NCBI GenBank assembly: GCA_963663035.1
Contig: OY760074.1
Location: 1,504,001-1,568,000 of the forward strand
From: Acidobacteriota bacterium
Lineage (GTDB): Bacteria > Acidobacteriota > UBA6911 > RPQK01 > JADFOI01
DNA: 64,000 bases
Direction: 5' to 3'
The translations under genes were made by a program, and so were the position numbers. Position 1 is the first letter of the stretch; each line of letters begins with the position of its first letter. The notes below the pieces were generated by a model that saw only the letters and a list, made by a program, of their open reading frames with translations, was not told where the DNA came from and did no database searches. Of this stretch, positions 19,324-29,054 are shown piece after piece.

Positions 19324-22300
19324 ATGATCGAGAAAATCATTCAGTACAGCGCCAGAAACCGGTTCCTGGTCTTTCTGGTCATGACCTTCGCCACAGCCTG
19401 GGGGGTATGGGCCCTCTCCAACATCACGCTGGACGCGATTCCGGATCTCTCTGATGTGCAGGTCATTGTCTTTACAGAATGGCCGGGGCGCAGCCCTGAT
19501 CTGGTGGAAGACCAAATCACCTATCCGATCGTGGCAGCCATGCTGGCCGCACCCAACGTCCAGCTCGTCCGCGGCATCTCCAACTTTGGTTTTTCCTACG
19601 TCTACATCATCTTTGAAGATGGCACCGACATGTATTGGGCCAGAAGCCGGGTCTTGGAATACCTGCAAAAGATCAACGGGCAATTACCCGAAGGAACCAC
19701 CGCCATACTGGGCCCCGATGCTACCGGAGTGGGATGGGTATTTGAATACGCACTGGTTGACGAAACCGGGCGCTACAACCTGGCTCAACTTCGCTCCTTT
19801 CAGGATTGGTATCTGCGTTACTGGTTGGAGTCTGTGCCTGGTGTCGCTGAAGTGGCCAGTGTGGGAGGCTTCGTCAAGCAATATCAGGTAGAACTCGATC
19901 CCAACAAGCTTCTGGCTTACAACATCCCGCTTGAGAAAGTCATCGACGCCATCCGCGACAGTAACAACGATGTAGGTGGCCGGGTGCTCGAGATCGCCGG
20001 CACCGAGTATATGGTGCGGGGACGTGGGTATATCCAGTCGCTCCAGGATATCGAGTCAGTGCCTGTAGTAACCGATGGAAAAGGCACCACGATTCACGTC
20101 CGAGATCTGGGGCGGGTCCAATTCGGACCGGATATGCGCCGGGGCATTGCAGAATTGGATGGTAAAGGGGAGGTGGTGGGCGCCATTGTGATCATGCGCT
20201 ATGCGGAAAACGCCCTGACCGTCATCGATCGAGTTAAAACTAGGTTGAAGGAAGTGGAAGGCTCCCTGCCCGAGGGCGTCAAACTGGTCGTGACCTACGA
20301 TCGTTCCGAGCTGATCTTGAGAGCCGTTGAAACGTTACAGGAAAAGCTGACCGAGGAAATGATTGTCGTCAGTGTCGTCATTATGGTCTTTTTGCTTCAT
20401 TTGCGCAGTGCCTTCATTCCAATTCTGGCTTTACCCCTGGCCATCATCATGGCCTTTATCCCCATGTATTACATGAAGGTCACCGCCAATATCATGTCTC
20501 TGGGAGGAATCGCTATCGCCATCGGGGCCATGGTAGATGCTTCCATTGTTCTGATCGAGAACGCCCACAAAAAGCTGGACGAATGGAAATCTCAGGGAAG
20601 ATCTGGGAACAGAGTCGAGGTTCTCATCCAGTCATTTTGCGAAGTGGGACCTTCCATCTTTGTCTCCTTGCTCGTGATCACGGTTTCCTTTCTCCCGGTG
20701 TTCACTCTGCAAGCCCAGGAAGGCCGACTTTTCAAACCGCTGGCCTATACCAAAACTTTCTCCATGTTCTTTGCGGCTCTGCTGGCCATCACCCTGGTGC
20801 CCGCTCTGGGAGCCCTGCTCATACGGGGTAAGATCCGCCCTGAGGAAAAGCATCCGATCAGCCGCATCCTCCAGGCGATTTATACCCCCATACTGACTTT
20901 CATTCTGCGCTTTCCCAAGAGCTTCATGTTTGTAAGCTTCCTGCTGGTACTGTCCACGGTCCCGGCGTTCAGGCAGCTTGGATCGGAGTTTATGCCTCCT
21001 TTAAATGAAGGGTCCTTGCTTTTTATGCCCACTGCGGTCCCCGGAATGCCGGTCACGGAGGCCGCCAGAATCCTTCAGACACAGGATAAACTTCTGAGCC
21101 AATTCCCCGAAGTGGAGAGGGTGTTTGGAAAGATCGGAAGAGCCGATACATCCACCGATCCAGCTCCTTTGAGCATGGTTGAAACCGTGGTGCTGTTGAA
21201 GCCTCAGGAAGACTGGGAACGGGTGCACGAGGAACGCTGGTACTCCAGCTGGATGCCAGACGGGGTCCAACCCATCTTCAGAAGCATTTGGCCTGAGGAG
21301 CGCCCCAAGTCGTGGGAGGAACTGGTTCAGGAGATGGATGCCCAATTGAAATTTCCTGGGATGGCCAACATTTGGTGGATGCCTGTTCAAACTCGGACCG
21401 AGATGCTCTCCACCGGCATGCGCAGTAATCTTGGAGTCAAGGTCTTCGGCCCCGACCTGGAGAAAATCGAGGAGATCGCGGTTCAGATCGAGAAGGTCCT
21501 CCAGGACGTACCCGGTACGCGCAGTGCTTTCGCAGACCGGGTGATGGGAGGCTACTATTTTGATTTCATAATCAACCGGGAAGAAGCAGCCCGTTATGGA
21601 CTGACCGTCGGAGCTGTGGAGGACATCATAGAGACGGCTATCGGGGGCAAGAACATTGGCTATACCATCGAAGGCAGAGAGCGCTACCCCATCAGCGTTC
21701 GCTATCCACGGGAGCTTCGCGACGATATCGATGGGTTGGGAAGAGTACTGATTCCCACCCCCTCCGGTGCCCAGATCCCCATTTCACTGCTGGCTGACAT
21801 GGAATACACGCAGGGACCACCCATGATTCGGAACGAAGATGGCCAGTTGGTGGGATACGTGTTCATCGATGTCACCCACGAGGACTACGAGGGCTACGTC
21901 GAGCAAGCTCAACAGATCGTTGCAACCCAGGTTGAAGTACCGGCTGGTTATCGTCTCGAGTGGGCGGGACAGTACAAGTATCTGGTGCGTATGAAGCAGC
22001 GGCTGGCTTATGTTATTCCCATCACACTTTTTATCATCTTCGTCCTGCTCTACCTGAACTTTGGGTCCTGGAAGGAACCCCTTATCGTGTTCCTGGCGGT
22101 TCCCTTTTCGCTTATTGGATCGTTCTGGTTCCTGTCCTTCTTGAACTACAATCTCAGCATCGCGGTGTGGGTGGGGATCATTGCTTTGGCAGGCCTTGAG
22201 GCCGAGATGGGAGTGGTATTACTGCTGTACCTGCAGCTGGCTTACCAGAAGTGGCAGAGAGAGGGCAGGATGCGTCATGTGGCTGATCTCAAGGAGGCCA

Positions 22301-23082
22301 TTCACTACGGTGCGGTCCAGCGACTGCGCCCCAAGCTCATGACCGTGTTGACAACAGTTGTGGGTCTGCTTCCCATCATGTGGGCATCGACCTACGAAAC
22401 CGGGGCCGACGTGATGAAACGCATGGCCGCTCCCATGGTGGGAGGATTGACCACCTCCTTCATTTTAGGACTCACCATTTATCCGGCCGTCTTCTTCGTC
22501 TGGAAGCGCTACGAGATGGAAGGACTGGCCGCTACCCTGCGCGACTTGATCCCCTTCAGCAATCGGCTGCCCCACTCCGCTGATGAGATCGACGGCATAC
22601 CAGCCAGACAGTCACGTGTTCGTCTGCTCTGGATCTTTTTAGCCGTCCTGCTGATTTTCCTACTGCTCTGGGGTCTTTGGGGCTGGAGACAAAGCCTGAT
22701 TGTGGCAGGACCCTTACAACCGGTTGCCCTGCAAGAAGTGGACGGCATCCATATCGAAGTTTCCGCCCCAGAAGAAAGGTTCCCTGTCGGCCAGAGTCGC
22801 TTTCACCTGACCTTCCGAAACCCCGGCGGCGACCCAGTTGAAATTGAGAACGTTGACGTCCAATTTTATATGCCGGCTATGGCCACCATGCCTGCCATGT
22901 TGATCGGAACCGAAATCACTCCGATCGCTCCCAACGCGATAGAGGGAAACCTGGACCTCACTATGTCCGGGGAATGGCAGATGAGGATCACCTTTGACAC
23001 CCCGGCAGGGAGCGCTACTTCCGCAGGGAGCGCCACTCCTGCAAGGAGCCGAAACGCCCGAATTAGCATCAGCACACAGTGA
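19324..23082 (+). CDS. cusA: CusA/CzcA heavy-metal RND transporter with a fused C-terminal YtkA/FixH-like domain
   Basis: LDAIPDLSDVQVI, GPDATGVGW, GAMVDASIV, GSEFMPPLNEG, DPAPLSMVET, RLRPKLMT; about 190 extra C-terminal residues with one TM and YMPAMATMPAM...GEWQMRI. Confidence 0.93.
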   Translation: MIEKIIQYSARNRFLVFLVMTFATAWGVWALSNITLDAIPDLSDVQVIVFTEWPGRSPDLVEDQITYPIVAAMLAAPNVQLVRGISNFGFSYVYIIFEDGTDMYWARSRVLEYLQKINGQLPEGTTAILGPDATGVGWVFEYALVDETGRYNLAQLRSFQDWYLRYWLESVPGVAEVASVGGFVKQYQVELDPNKLLAYNIPLEKVIDAIRDSNNDVGGRVLEIAGTEYMVRGRGYIQSLQDIESVPVVTDGKGTTIHVRDLGRVQFGPDMRRGIAELDGKGEVVGAIVIMRYAENALTVIDRVKTRLKEVEGSLPEGVKLVVTYDRSELILRAVETLQEKLTEEMIVVSVVIMVFLLHLRSAFIPILALPLAIIMAFIPMYYMKVTANIMSLGGIAIAIGAMVDASIVLIENAHKKLDEWKSQGRSGNRVEVLIQSFCEVGPSIFVSLLVITVSFLPVFTLQAQEGRLFKPLAYTKTFSMFFAALLAITLVPALGALLIRGKIRPEEKHPISRILQAIYTPILTFILRFPKSFMFVSFLLVLSTVPAFRQLGSEFMPPLNEGSLLFMPTAVPGMPVTEAARILQTQDKLLSQFPEVERVFGKIGRADTSTDPAPLSMVETVVLLKPQEDWERVHEERWYSSWMPDGVQPIFRSIWPEERPKSWEELVQEMDAQLKFPGMANIWWMPVQTRTEMLSTGMRSNLGVKVFGPDLEKIEEIAVQIEKVLQDVPGTRSAFADRVMGGYYFDFIINREEAARYGLTVGAVEDIIETAIGGKNIGYTIEGRERYPISVRYPRELRDDIDGLGRVLIPTPSGAQIPISLLADMEYTQGPPMIRNEDGQLVGYVFIDVTHEDYEGYVEQAQQIVATQVEVPAGYRLEWAGQYKYLVRMKQRLAYVIPITLFIIFVLLYLNFGSWKEPLIVFLAVPFSLIGSFWFLSFLNYNLSIAVWVGIIALAGLEAEMGVVLLLYLQLAYQKWQREGRMRHVADLKEAIHYGAVQRLRPKLMTVLTTVVGLLPIMWASTYETGADVMKRMAAPMVGGLTTSFILGLTIYPAVFFVWKRYEMEGLAATLRDLIPFSNRLPHSADEIDGIPARQSRVRLLWIFLAVLLIFLLLWGLWGWRQSLIVAGPLQPVALQEVDGIHIEVSAPEERFPVGQSRFHLTFRNPGGDPVEIENVDVQFYMPAMATMPAMLIGTEITPIAPNAIEGNLDLTMSGEWQMRITFDTPAGSATSAGSATPARSRNARISISTQ

Positions 23083-23092
23083 GGTTTGTATT

Positions 23093-24409
23093 ATGAACGG
23101 AACAACATGTCGGAAAGCCCATTTAGTGGTCTTCATTCTGATGGGGAGCTTCCTCTGGACCTCTCTGGCTCTGGGCGCTCAAGATTTACCTCCTGCAGCA
23201 CAGCCCGAACAATCGTTCGAAGTGCTCAACCGCCTGGTCGAAGAAGCTCTACGTTCCAGCCCTTCCATCCAGGCAACTCGAAAAGAGTGGGAAGTCTCTA
23301 CCAAGAGGCCCTCGCAGGTCGCCTCACTTCCCAACCCGGAACTCAGTTTTGGTTCGATGAGTTCGGGAAATATCTTGCCTTACTCTACAATTGGCAACGG
23401 TCCGCTCTCCTGGGCTTCCTTCATGTTCAAGCAGAAGATTCCCTGGCCCGGTAAGTTGAATCTCAAGGGGGATATCGCGGAAACCGAGGCGGCTCAAAAG
23501 GCGCACCTCTACCAGGCGGCGACTTTCCAGGTCATTGGTCAATTGAAGACGGCCTACTTTGAGTTGACCTACGTCGATCAGGCGACAAGGATCCTGAGTC
23601 GATATCAAGATCTTTTGCAAAGGCTTTCCCGGATCGCCGAAGCCAGGTACAGCGTGGGAAAGGGTCTTCAGGCTGATGTGCTCAGGTCCCAGGTAGAGAT
23701 CTCACTCATCATAGAACGCCTTGAGTTGTTGGGTCAGCAACGGGAAAGTGCTCAAGCTCAAATCAACAGCCTTCTCAATCGATCTCCGGACGTTGTTCTC
23801 CCCCAGCTGGAACCGGTAGAGGACACTTCCGTGGAGTTGCCCTTTTCTTTGGAGAGTCTCTATCTCACAGCGAGAGAACAGAATCCTGAAATTGCGGCGG
23901 AAAGATTAGGGATTCAGAAAGCTTCCCTGCAGCTCGATCTGTCCAAGAAACAGTCTTTCCCCGATTTGAACGTTTCGACGACCTATATGCTGCGCGGAGG
24001 TCCCTTTGACAATATGTATGAATATCGCTTGGGTCTGGAGATACCCCTCTATTTCTGGAGAAAGGAACGCTTTGGGGTAGAGGAGAATGTAGAAGAGATC
24101 GAGAGATCAAGGCATAGTTACCAGAGTAAGCTTCAGCAGGTCACCTTCAAGATTAAGGATGCTTATATCGGAGTTCGCACAGCACAGAGCCTGATACGGC
24201 TGTATCGACAGGGAATCATTCCTCAAGCCACTGCATCCCTGGACTCGGCACTATCAGCCTATGAGGTGGGCAGCATCGACTTTCTCAACTTGATCGACAA
24301 CGCGCTCACCGTACTGAACTATGAGCTTCGATACCACGAAGAAACCGGTGATTATTTTCAGAACCTGGTCCGACTGGAGGAGCTGTTGGGCTTTGTTTTT
24401 GTGAAGTGA
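23093..24409 (+). CDS. TolC/CusC-family outer-membrane efflux protein
   Basis: SLPNPEL, QKIPWPGKL, YSVGKGLQADVL, YEVGSIDFLNL; position in the operon. Confidence 0.88.
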   Translation: MNGTTCRKAHLVVFILMGSFLWTSLALGAQDLPPAAQPEQSFEVLNRLVEEALRSSPSIQATRKEWEVSTKRPSQVASLPNPELSFGSMSSGNILPYSTIGNGPLSWASFMFKQKIPWPGKLNLKGDIAETEAAQKAHLYQAATFQVIGQLKTAYFELTYVDQATRILSRYQDLLQRLSRIAEARYSVGKGLQADVLRSQVEISLIIERLELLGQQRESAQAQINSLLNRSPDVVLPQLEPVEDTSVELPFSLESLYLTAREQNPEIAAERLGIQKASLQLDLSKKQSFPDLNVSTTYMLRGGPFDNMYEYRLGLEIPLYFWRKERFGVEENVEEIERSRHSYQSKLQQVTFKIKDAYIGVRTAQSLIRLYRQGIIPQATASLDSALSAYEVGSIDFLNLIDNALTVLNYELRYHEETGDYFQNLVRLEELLGFVFVK

Positions 24410-24436
24410 AGAGCAACTGACCTGGAGAATAAGCGC

Positions 24437-25153
24437 ATGAAAATCTTCCTTTTTCTCGTTTTGGCTATCCCTCTATCCTTTTGCTGGCCTGTGACGGCCA
24501 GCGCCGATACTGTTTTCCAGTTTTCCGTTCAGCACGACCACTTCTGGGGAAAAGGCTCTGGGGACCTAACGATTGACCAGGAGGGCATCACCTATACCTC
24601 AGAAAAGGACGACGATCACAGTATTGACTGGTCTTATTCCGACATCCAGGAACTGAAGATCGAGTCGCCACAGAAAGTCTACGTCCGCACTTATAGAGAT
24701 GTCTGGTGGAAGCTGAATCGCGATCGGACACTTGAATTTGAGTTAGTCGAAGGAGAGATGAGCGCCGAAGTCGTGGACTTTTTGCGTGAAAAGCTTCCCA
24801 ATGCTCTCGTGTCCGCCGTTTTCACGTTTCCAGATGATGCAGCGTACCGGGTTCCGGTCAAGCATACGCATGCCCTCGGACAAGGATGTGAGGGCCAACT
24901 GCTATTCAGCGAGAGGGGCATATACTACAGTGCCTCCAGGTCCGACCACAGTCGTTTCTGGCCCATGGAAGACATTGAGAGCCTGGGTCGCATGTCCGGA
25001 TCCCATATCCGTATTGCTGCGCGGGAGCACTCTCACTCGGGCAGTGTCAGGAACTTCCAGTTCCAGCTCAAGCAACCGATGGATGGCGAGACCTACCAAC
25101 GCCTGTGGCGAAAGATTTACGAACCAGAATCCTGGCTGGATAAACTGGAGTGA
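24437..25153 (+). CDS. Exported hypothetical protein with two internal HxH-bearing repeats
   Basis: Signal peptide; repeats VQHDHFWGKGSGDLTI...DHS..W...DIQEL and VKHTHALGQGCEGQLLF...DHSRFW...DIESL. Confidence 0.7.
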   Translation: MKIFLFLVLAIPLSFCWPVTASADTVFQFSVQHDHFWGKGSGDLTIDQEGITYTSEKDDDHSIDWSYSDIQELKIESPQKVYVRTYRDVWWKLNRDRTLEFELVEGEMSAEVVDFLREKLPNALVSAVFTFPDDAAYRVPVKHTHALGQGCEGQLLFSERGIYYSASRSDHSRFWPMEDIESLGRMSGSHIRIAAREHSHSGSVRNFQFQLKQPMDGETYQRLWRKIYEPESWLDKLE

Positions 25154-25165
25154 GTTGGAGTTGGT

Positions 25166-26530
25166 TTATCGGGGGCACTCTTCGGGCACAGTCGTTCTGT
25201 CGAAACGGACGTCAGAGACAGAGACTAGCTGGGTGACATGGCGCTGGGGAGAGGGAAGCGAGAGCGTCAGGGGGCGATGTAAATTACCCCCCGGGAGTTG
25301 CCCAACCCAACCCGGCATTCTTTCTACCAGCGCTTGACTGGGAGTGTGGCAGCGGGGGTTTACTTCCGCCGTAGAAGAGGCCCACTCCACGGGAGAGTTC
25401 ACAGAAACATGCTTCAAGGCTTTCTGGGTGTACCGAGCGCGAGTATTCCACAGCATCCAGCCTTTCCCGCCCCCATCCAACACGCCCTTTAGCTGATCCC
25501 GCATTTCCTGGGGGGAAAACTTCCGCCGGTCAAAGGCATAATCGCGAAAGTCCTGAATCCACGGACGCACAACCGTACCTGTACCCTGCAGACGTTCAAC
25601 AGCTCGCTTGGTACTTTCATTCACCAGTTCATAAATATGGTCCATCGCTACCGGATAGCCGGGGATCCCCAGGTGAAAGGATGAAGGATAAAGCATGGGT
25701 GAGAGAACATCGACATACGGTGCAATGTCCTCGATATTCTGACCGATTCCAGTGTCGGCCGCTCCCCAAACCGTGTACCCAAAGACATCCACGGCAATCT
25801 TGACCCCGAATGGTGACAAAGCCTTTCGTGCGCGCCTCAAGAATCCCGTTATCGCCGCACGCCGCTCCTTCTCTGTACTCCGTCGTGAAAAAAGAGCCGC
25901 CCCTATTTCACCATCTGACGGAAAACGAATGTAGTCAAACTGAATCTCGTCAAAGCCCTTTTTCGCCGCCTCTATGGCAATGGCAATATTGTAGTCCCAG
26001 ACCTTTTCATTAAAGGGATCGGTCCAAGCGAGTCCCTCCCAGTCCCGCCAGGGATGACCAGTGCGCTTGTCGATCACCGCAAGTTCAGGATAGGTGGCAG
26101 CAAGGGGATCGTCTTTAAAGACAACAATTCGGGCGATAGTGTAAACGCACCGATCCTTGAACCACTTCATGAACTGTGGCCAATCTTTGACCCTGATCTG
26201 TTCCTGGGCCCCCACCTCAATCGCCAGCGGAATGGTGCTTCGATAGGGAATCAAGCCCCGATCCCCCTTAACATCCATAATGACGGTATTCACTTCCGTC
26301 TGTTCGACCAATCGCTTGATACGGCCCAGCAACCCATGGTGGCCCAAGGTGTAAAATGTGGCATAAACGCCCTTCAGCGGTGGAGGTTCTGGAAGTTCCA
26401 ACTCATCCGTAGTCTGCACCGGGTGTGTCAGTTCGGTTGCAGCTTCCTGCGCTTCCGCCACCGTCGGATTGGTTAGAAATAAGAGAAGGCTTGTTGTGAC
26501 GAGAATCAATCTTGAAGGAATGCTTACCAT
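25166..26530 (-). CDS. Putative glycoside hydrolase (DUF4015-like TIM barrel), exported
   Basis: DVKGDRG, IARIVVFKD, WTDPF, GFDEIQFDYIRFP, SPMLYPSSF, RPWIQDF. Confidence 0.8.
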   Translation of the reverse strand: MVSIPSRLILVTTSLLLFLTNPTVAEAQEAATELTHPVQTTDELELPEPPPLKGVYATFYTLGHHGLLGRIKRLVEQTEVNTVIMDVKGDRGLIPYRSTIPLAIEVGAQEQIRVKDWPQFMKWFKDRCVYTIARIVVFKDDPLAATYPELAVIDKRTGHPWRDWEGLAWTDPFNEKVWDYNIAIAIEAAKKGFDEIQFDYIRFPSDGEIGAALFSRRSTEKERRAAITGFLRRARKALSPFGVKIAVDVFGYTVWGAADTGIGQNIEDIAPYVDVLSPMLYPSSFHLGIPGYPVAMDHIYELVNESTKRAVERLQGTGTVVRPWIQDFRDYAFDRRKFSPQEMRDQLKGVLDGGGKGWMLWNTRARYTQKALKHVSVNSPVEWASSTAEVNPRCHTPSQALVERMPGWVGQLPGGNLHRPLTLSLPSPQRHVTQLVSVSDVRFDRTTVPEECPR

Positions 26531-26656
26531 AGGTCTTAACTATGGAACATTCGCTTCACCTAAGTCAGTAATCAGAGTCACCACATCTACATCGCCGGAG
26601 TGTTGGCTTCAGACGTGAATCAAAATGAAGGGAATCCAGAGAAGGGGTCGTCCTGG

Positions 26657-26928
26657 GTACTCCCTTTCATAAATACGGTAACGTTTGCGGATGGGGCTTG
26701 CGAGGCGAGGTCGCGAAGGGAGGAGGAGGCGATGTCAGGGACATCGTCGACGACGAGAGACAAAGAGATCGCCCGCAACCCCCTTGCGCCCGAGGGGTTG
26801 GAGCGGGACGGGCCCATTTCTTTGTTGCTTCTCCTCGCCGATGTCACTGACATCGACTCGTCGTCGCGCCTCGATCTGGGCTCCGTCGCGCTCCCAACAA
26901 ACGTCACCGTATTTATGAAAGTGAGTAC
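26657..26928. mobile_element. MITE-like element, family C, copy 2
   Basis: About 31-bp TIRs GTACTCCCTTTCATAAATACGGTAACGTTTG / CAAACGTCACCGTATTTATGAAAGTGAGTAC; interior collinear with the reverse complement of 350-626. Confidence 0.8.
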
Positions 26929-26937
26929 TGAGTTATC

Positions 26938-28944
26938 TTATTGGTCGACGCCGCGATAGACGCTCAGCTTTTCCGTTCGTGAGATCTCTTCAATGATACG
27001 GCGTCCGAAGACGCTGGTGCCCTTATCATCAACGGCAGAACAGAAGGCGGCCAGGCCGAGCTTCCCGGGAGCGACAGCCATGATGCCCCCCGAAACACCC
27101 GTTTTGGAGGGTAATCCCACCGAAAAAGCATACTCGCCTGAGCCGTTATAAAGGCCGCACGTAGCCATCAGTGTCACCACCTGATTCACCTGGTCAGCAG
27201 AAAGGCGGAGTTCAGAGACTGCCGGCGCGTCCCCGCGAGCGGCGAGCAGCGCAGCAAAGGTTGCCAGATTGTCACAGCTCACCTTGAGCGAGCAGGCGTA
27301 GAAATAATCGGAGAGAATGGCTTCAACGTAGTCCACCCGCGTTTTCCTGGTTCGCCGAGGCCGATGCTCGAAGCATCCACGGTGAAGTAACTCCCAGGCG
27401 AGTCCGCGGTTCTTTTCGCCAAATTCGCTTTCCGACTTATGAACGCTGGTGTCAACATCGATATGGTCATCTTTACAGGCCTTCCGAACGAAAGCGAGAA
27501 AGTTCTCACGGCGTGCCTCGGCAGTTTCCTCCGGCAACATCGAAGCCATCAGGATGGCACCTGCATTGATAACCGGGTTGAAGGGCACTTGCTTGTTGTC
27601 GACCTCGAGCCATTTCGGGTCAGCATCGAATGGATCACCCGTGGGTTCCCGCCCCATCCTGGAAAACACGAATCCAATGCCTCGACGGTGAAGAATGTAA
27701 GCCAGCAGGAAGGGCACGCAGACTGCTTGAGTGGTGAACCTGAAATCCGTGTTTTGACCACCTCCTACTATCACTCCATCAAGTGTACAAAGGCTCACCC
27801 CACGGTTTTCGGGCAAGACTTTGGCAAGTTCGGGAATGTATGAAGCCACGTGACCGGAAGTGGCCTTGAGACCTGTCTGTTCCACCAACTCGTCAAGCGA
27901 CTTCGGACTCTCGTAGGTTTTGAGGGAAAATTGAAGCTGAGGCCGGCAAAGAATGCCAAGCTCTTCATCCCGTGAAATTCTTTCCAACGCGTAGACTCCG
28001 AAGCACGAGTTTCCGGCGGAATCGAGAGCGGGACCGTATGTGGCGATTCCCATTTTCCCGGGCACCGCGGTGAGAATTCCACCGGCTACACCGGACTTGG
28101 CAGGGATCCCGATCTTGGAGGCAAAGGTACCAGACCCATCATACAAGCCGCAGCTCGCCATGAGTGCAATGACCATCGTGATGTTTTCCTCGGACGCCTG
28201 TCGGTCCCCACTCTCGGGATCGACTCCCAGATTAGCGAGGAGCATTCCAAAACGGGCGAGATCAAGGGTCGTCACCCCGATGGAGCACTGTTGGAAGTAC
28301 ACATCGAGAACTCCTTCGATAAACTCAACGGCAGCAATGTTGCTCTTGTACGAGAACACGCGACGGTCGTTCATGATCCAGGCCAGGGAACGGTTGTTGT
28401 GACCCGTCAGTTTCTCCGAGCGATAGACGGCTTCGTCAACCTCGAGGTCGGGATTGCCGCAAACCTTGCGACAAAAGCTCAAGAACCCCGCGAATTGCTC
28501 CTGAGTATTACTTCCTGGGAACATCGAGCTCACAACAATGGCGCCGGCGTTGATCATGGGATTCAATGGCCGCTTGCTGGCGACCTGAAAGCGCAATCCC
28601 GAGTTGAAGGGTTCACCCGTAGGCTCCTTGCCCACTCGTGAAAAGACCTGTCTGGGCCCGATCGATTCGAGGGCATAGAGCAGTGCAATCGTCTTGGAGA
28701 TGGACTGGATCGTGAACTGTTCTTCGCAGGAACCGGCCGAGAGAATGGTTCCGTCCAGGTAGCAGATGGAGATACCTCGGTCATCTGCGTTGGCCCGGCT
28801 GAGCTCCGGAATGTAATCGGCAACTCGTCCTTTGGGAGCTTCAAATTCGGCCTCATCCAGCAAAATCTGAAGGTCCGACTCGGTCCCATATTGTGTCAGC
28901 TTCGGCGATCGAGGAAACTGGGGATTCAACACATTCGATTTCAA
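26938..28944 (-). CDS. glsA: Glutaminase with two tandem glutaminase domains (second domain catalytically degenerate)
   Basis: Domain 1: GRVADYIPEL, FTIQSISK, NPMINAGAI, CGLYDGSG, KSGVAGG. Domain 2: GHVASYIPEL, FTTQAVCV, NPVINAGAI, CGLYNGSG, KTGVSGG. TTG start at 28944 follows AGGAGG. Confidence 0.9.
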   Translation of the reverse strand: MKSNVLNPQFPRSPKLTQYGTESDLQILLDEAEFEAPKGRVADYIPELSRANADDRGISICYLDGTILSAGSCEEQFTIQSISKTIALLYALESIGPRQVFSRVGKEPTGEPFNSGLRFQVASKRPLNPMINAGAIVVSSMFPGSNTQEQFAGFLSFCRKVCGNPDLEVDEAVYRSEKLTGHNNRSLAWIMNDRRVFSYKSNIAAVEFIEGVLDVYFQQCSIGVTTLDLARFGMLLANLGVDPESGDRQASEENITMVIALMASCGLYDGSGTFASKIGIPAKSGVAGGILTAVPGKMGIATYGPALDSAGNSCFGVYALERISRDEELGILCRPQLQFSLKTYESPKSLDELVEQTGLKATSGHVASYIPELAKVLPENRGVSLCTLDGVIVGGGQNTDFRFTTQAVCVPFLLAYILHRRGIGFVFSRMGREPTGDPFDADPKWLEVDNKQVPFNPVINAGAILMASMLPEETAEARRENFLAFVRKACKDDHIDVDTSVHKSESEFGEKNRGLAWELLHRGCFEHRPRRTRKTRVDYVEAILSDYFYACSLKVSCDNLATFAALLAARGDAPAVSELRLSADQVNQVVTLMATCGLYNGSGEYAFSVGLPSKTGVSGGIMAVAPGKLGLAAFCSAVDDKGTSVFGRRIIEEISRTEKLSVYRGVDQ

Positions 28945-29054
28945 AAGCACCCTCCTACTGGGCCCCGATGAGCAACCTTTTCCAGCTGGGATAGTATACA
29001 TCGATTTCTGCCTTTGTCTTTTCACACCCAGGCATTCATAATCAGAGCGCCACC

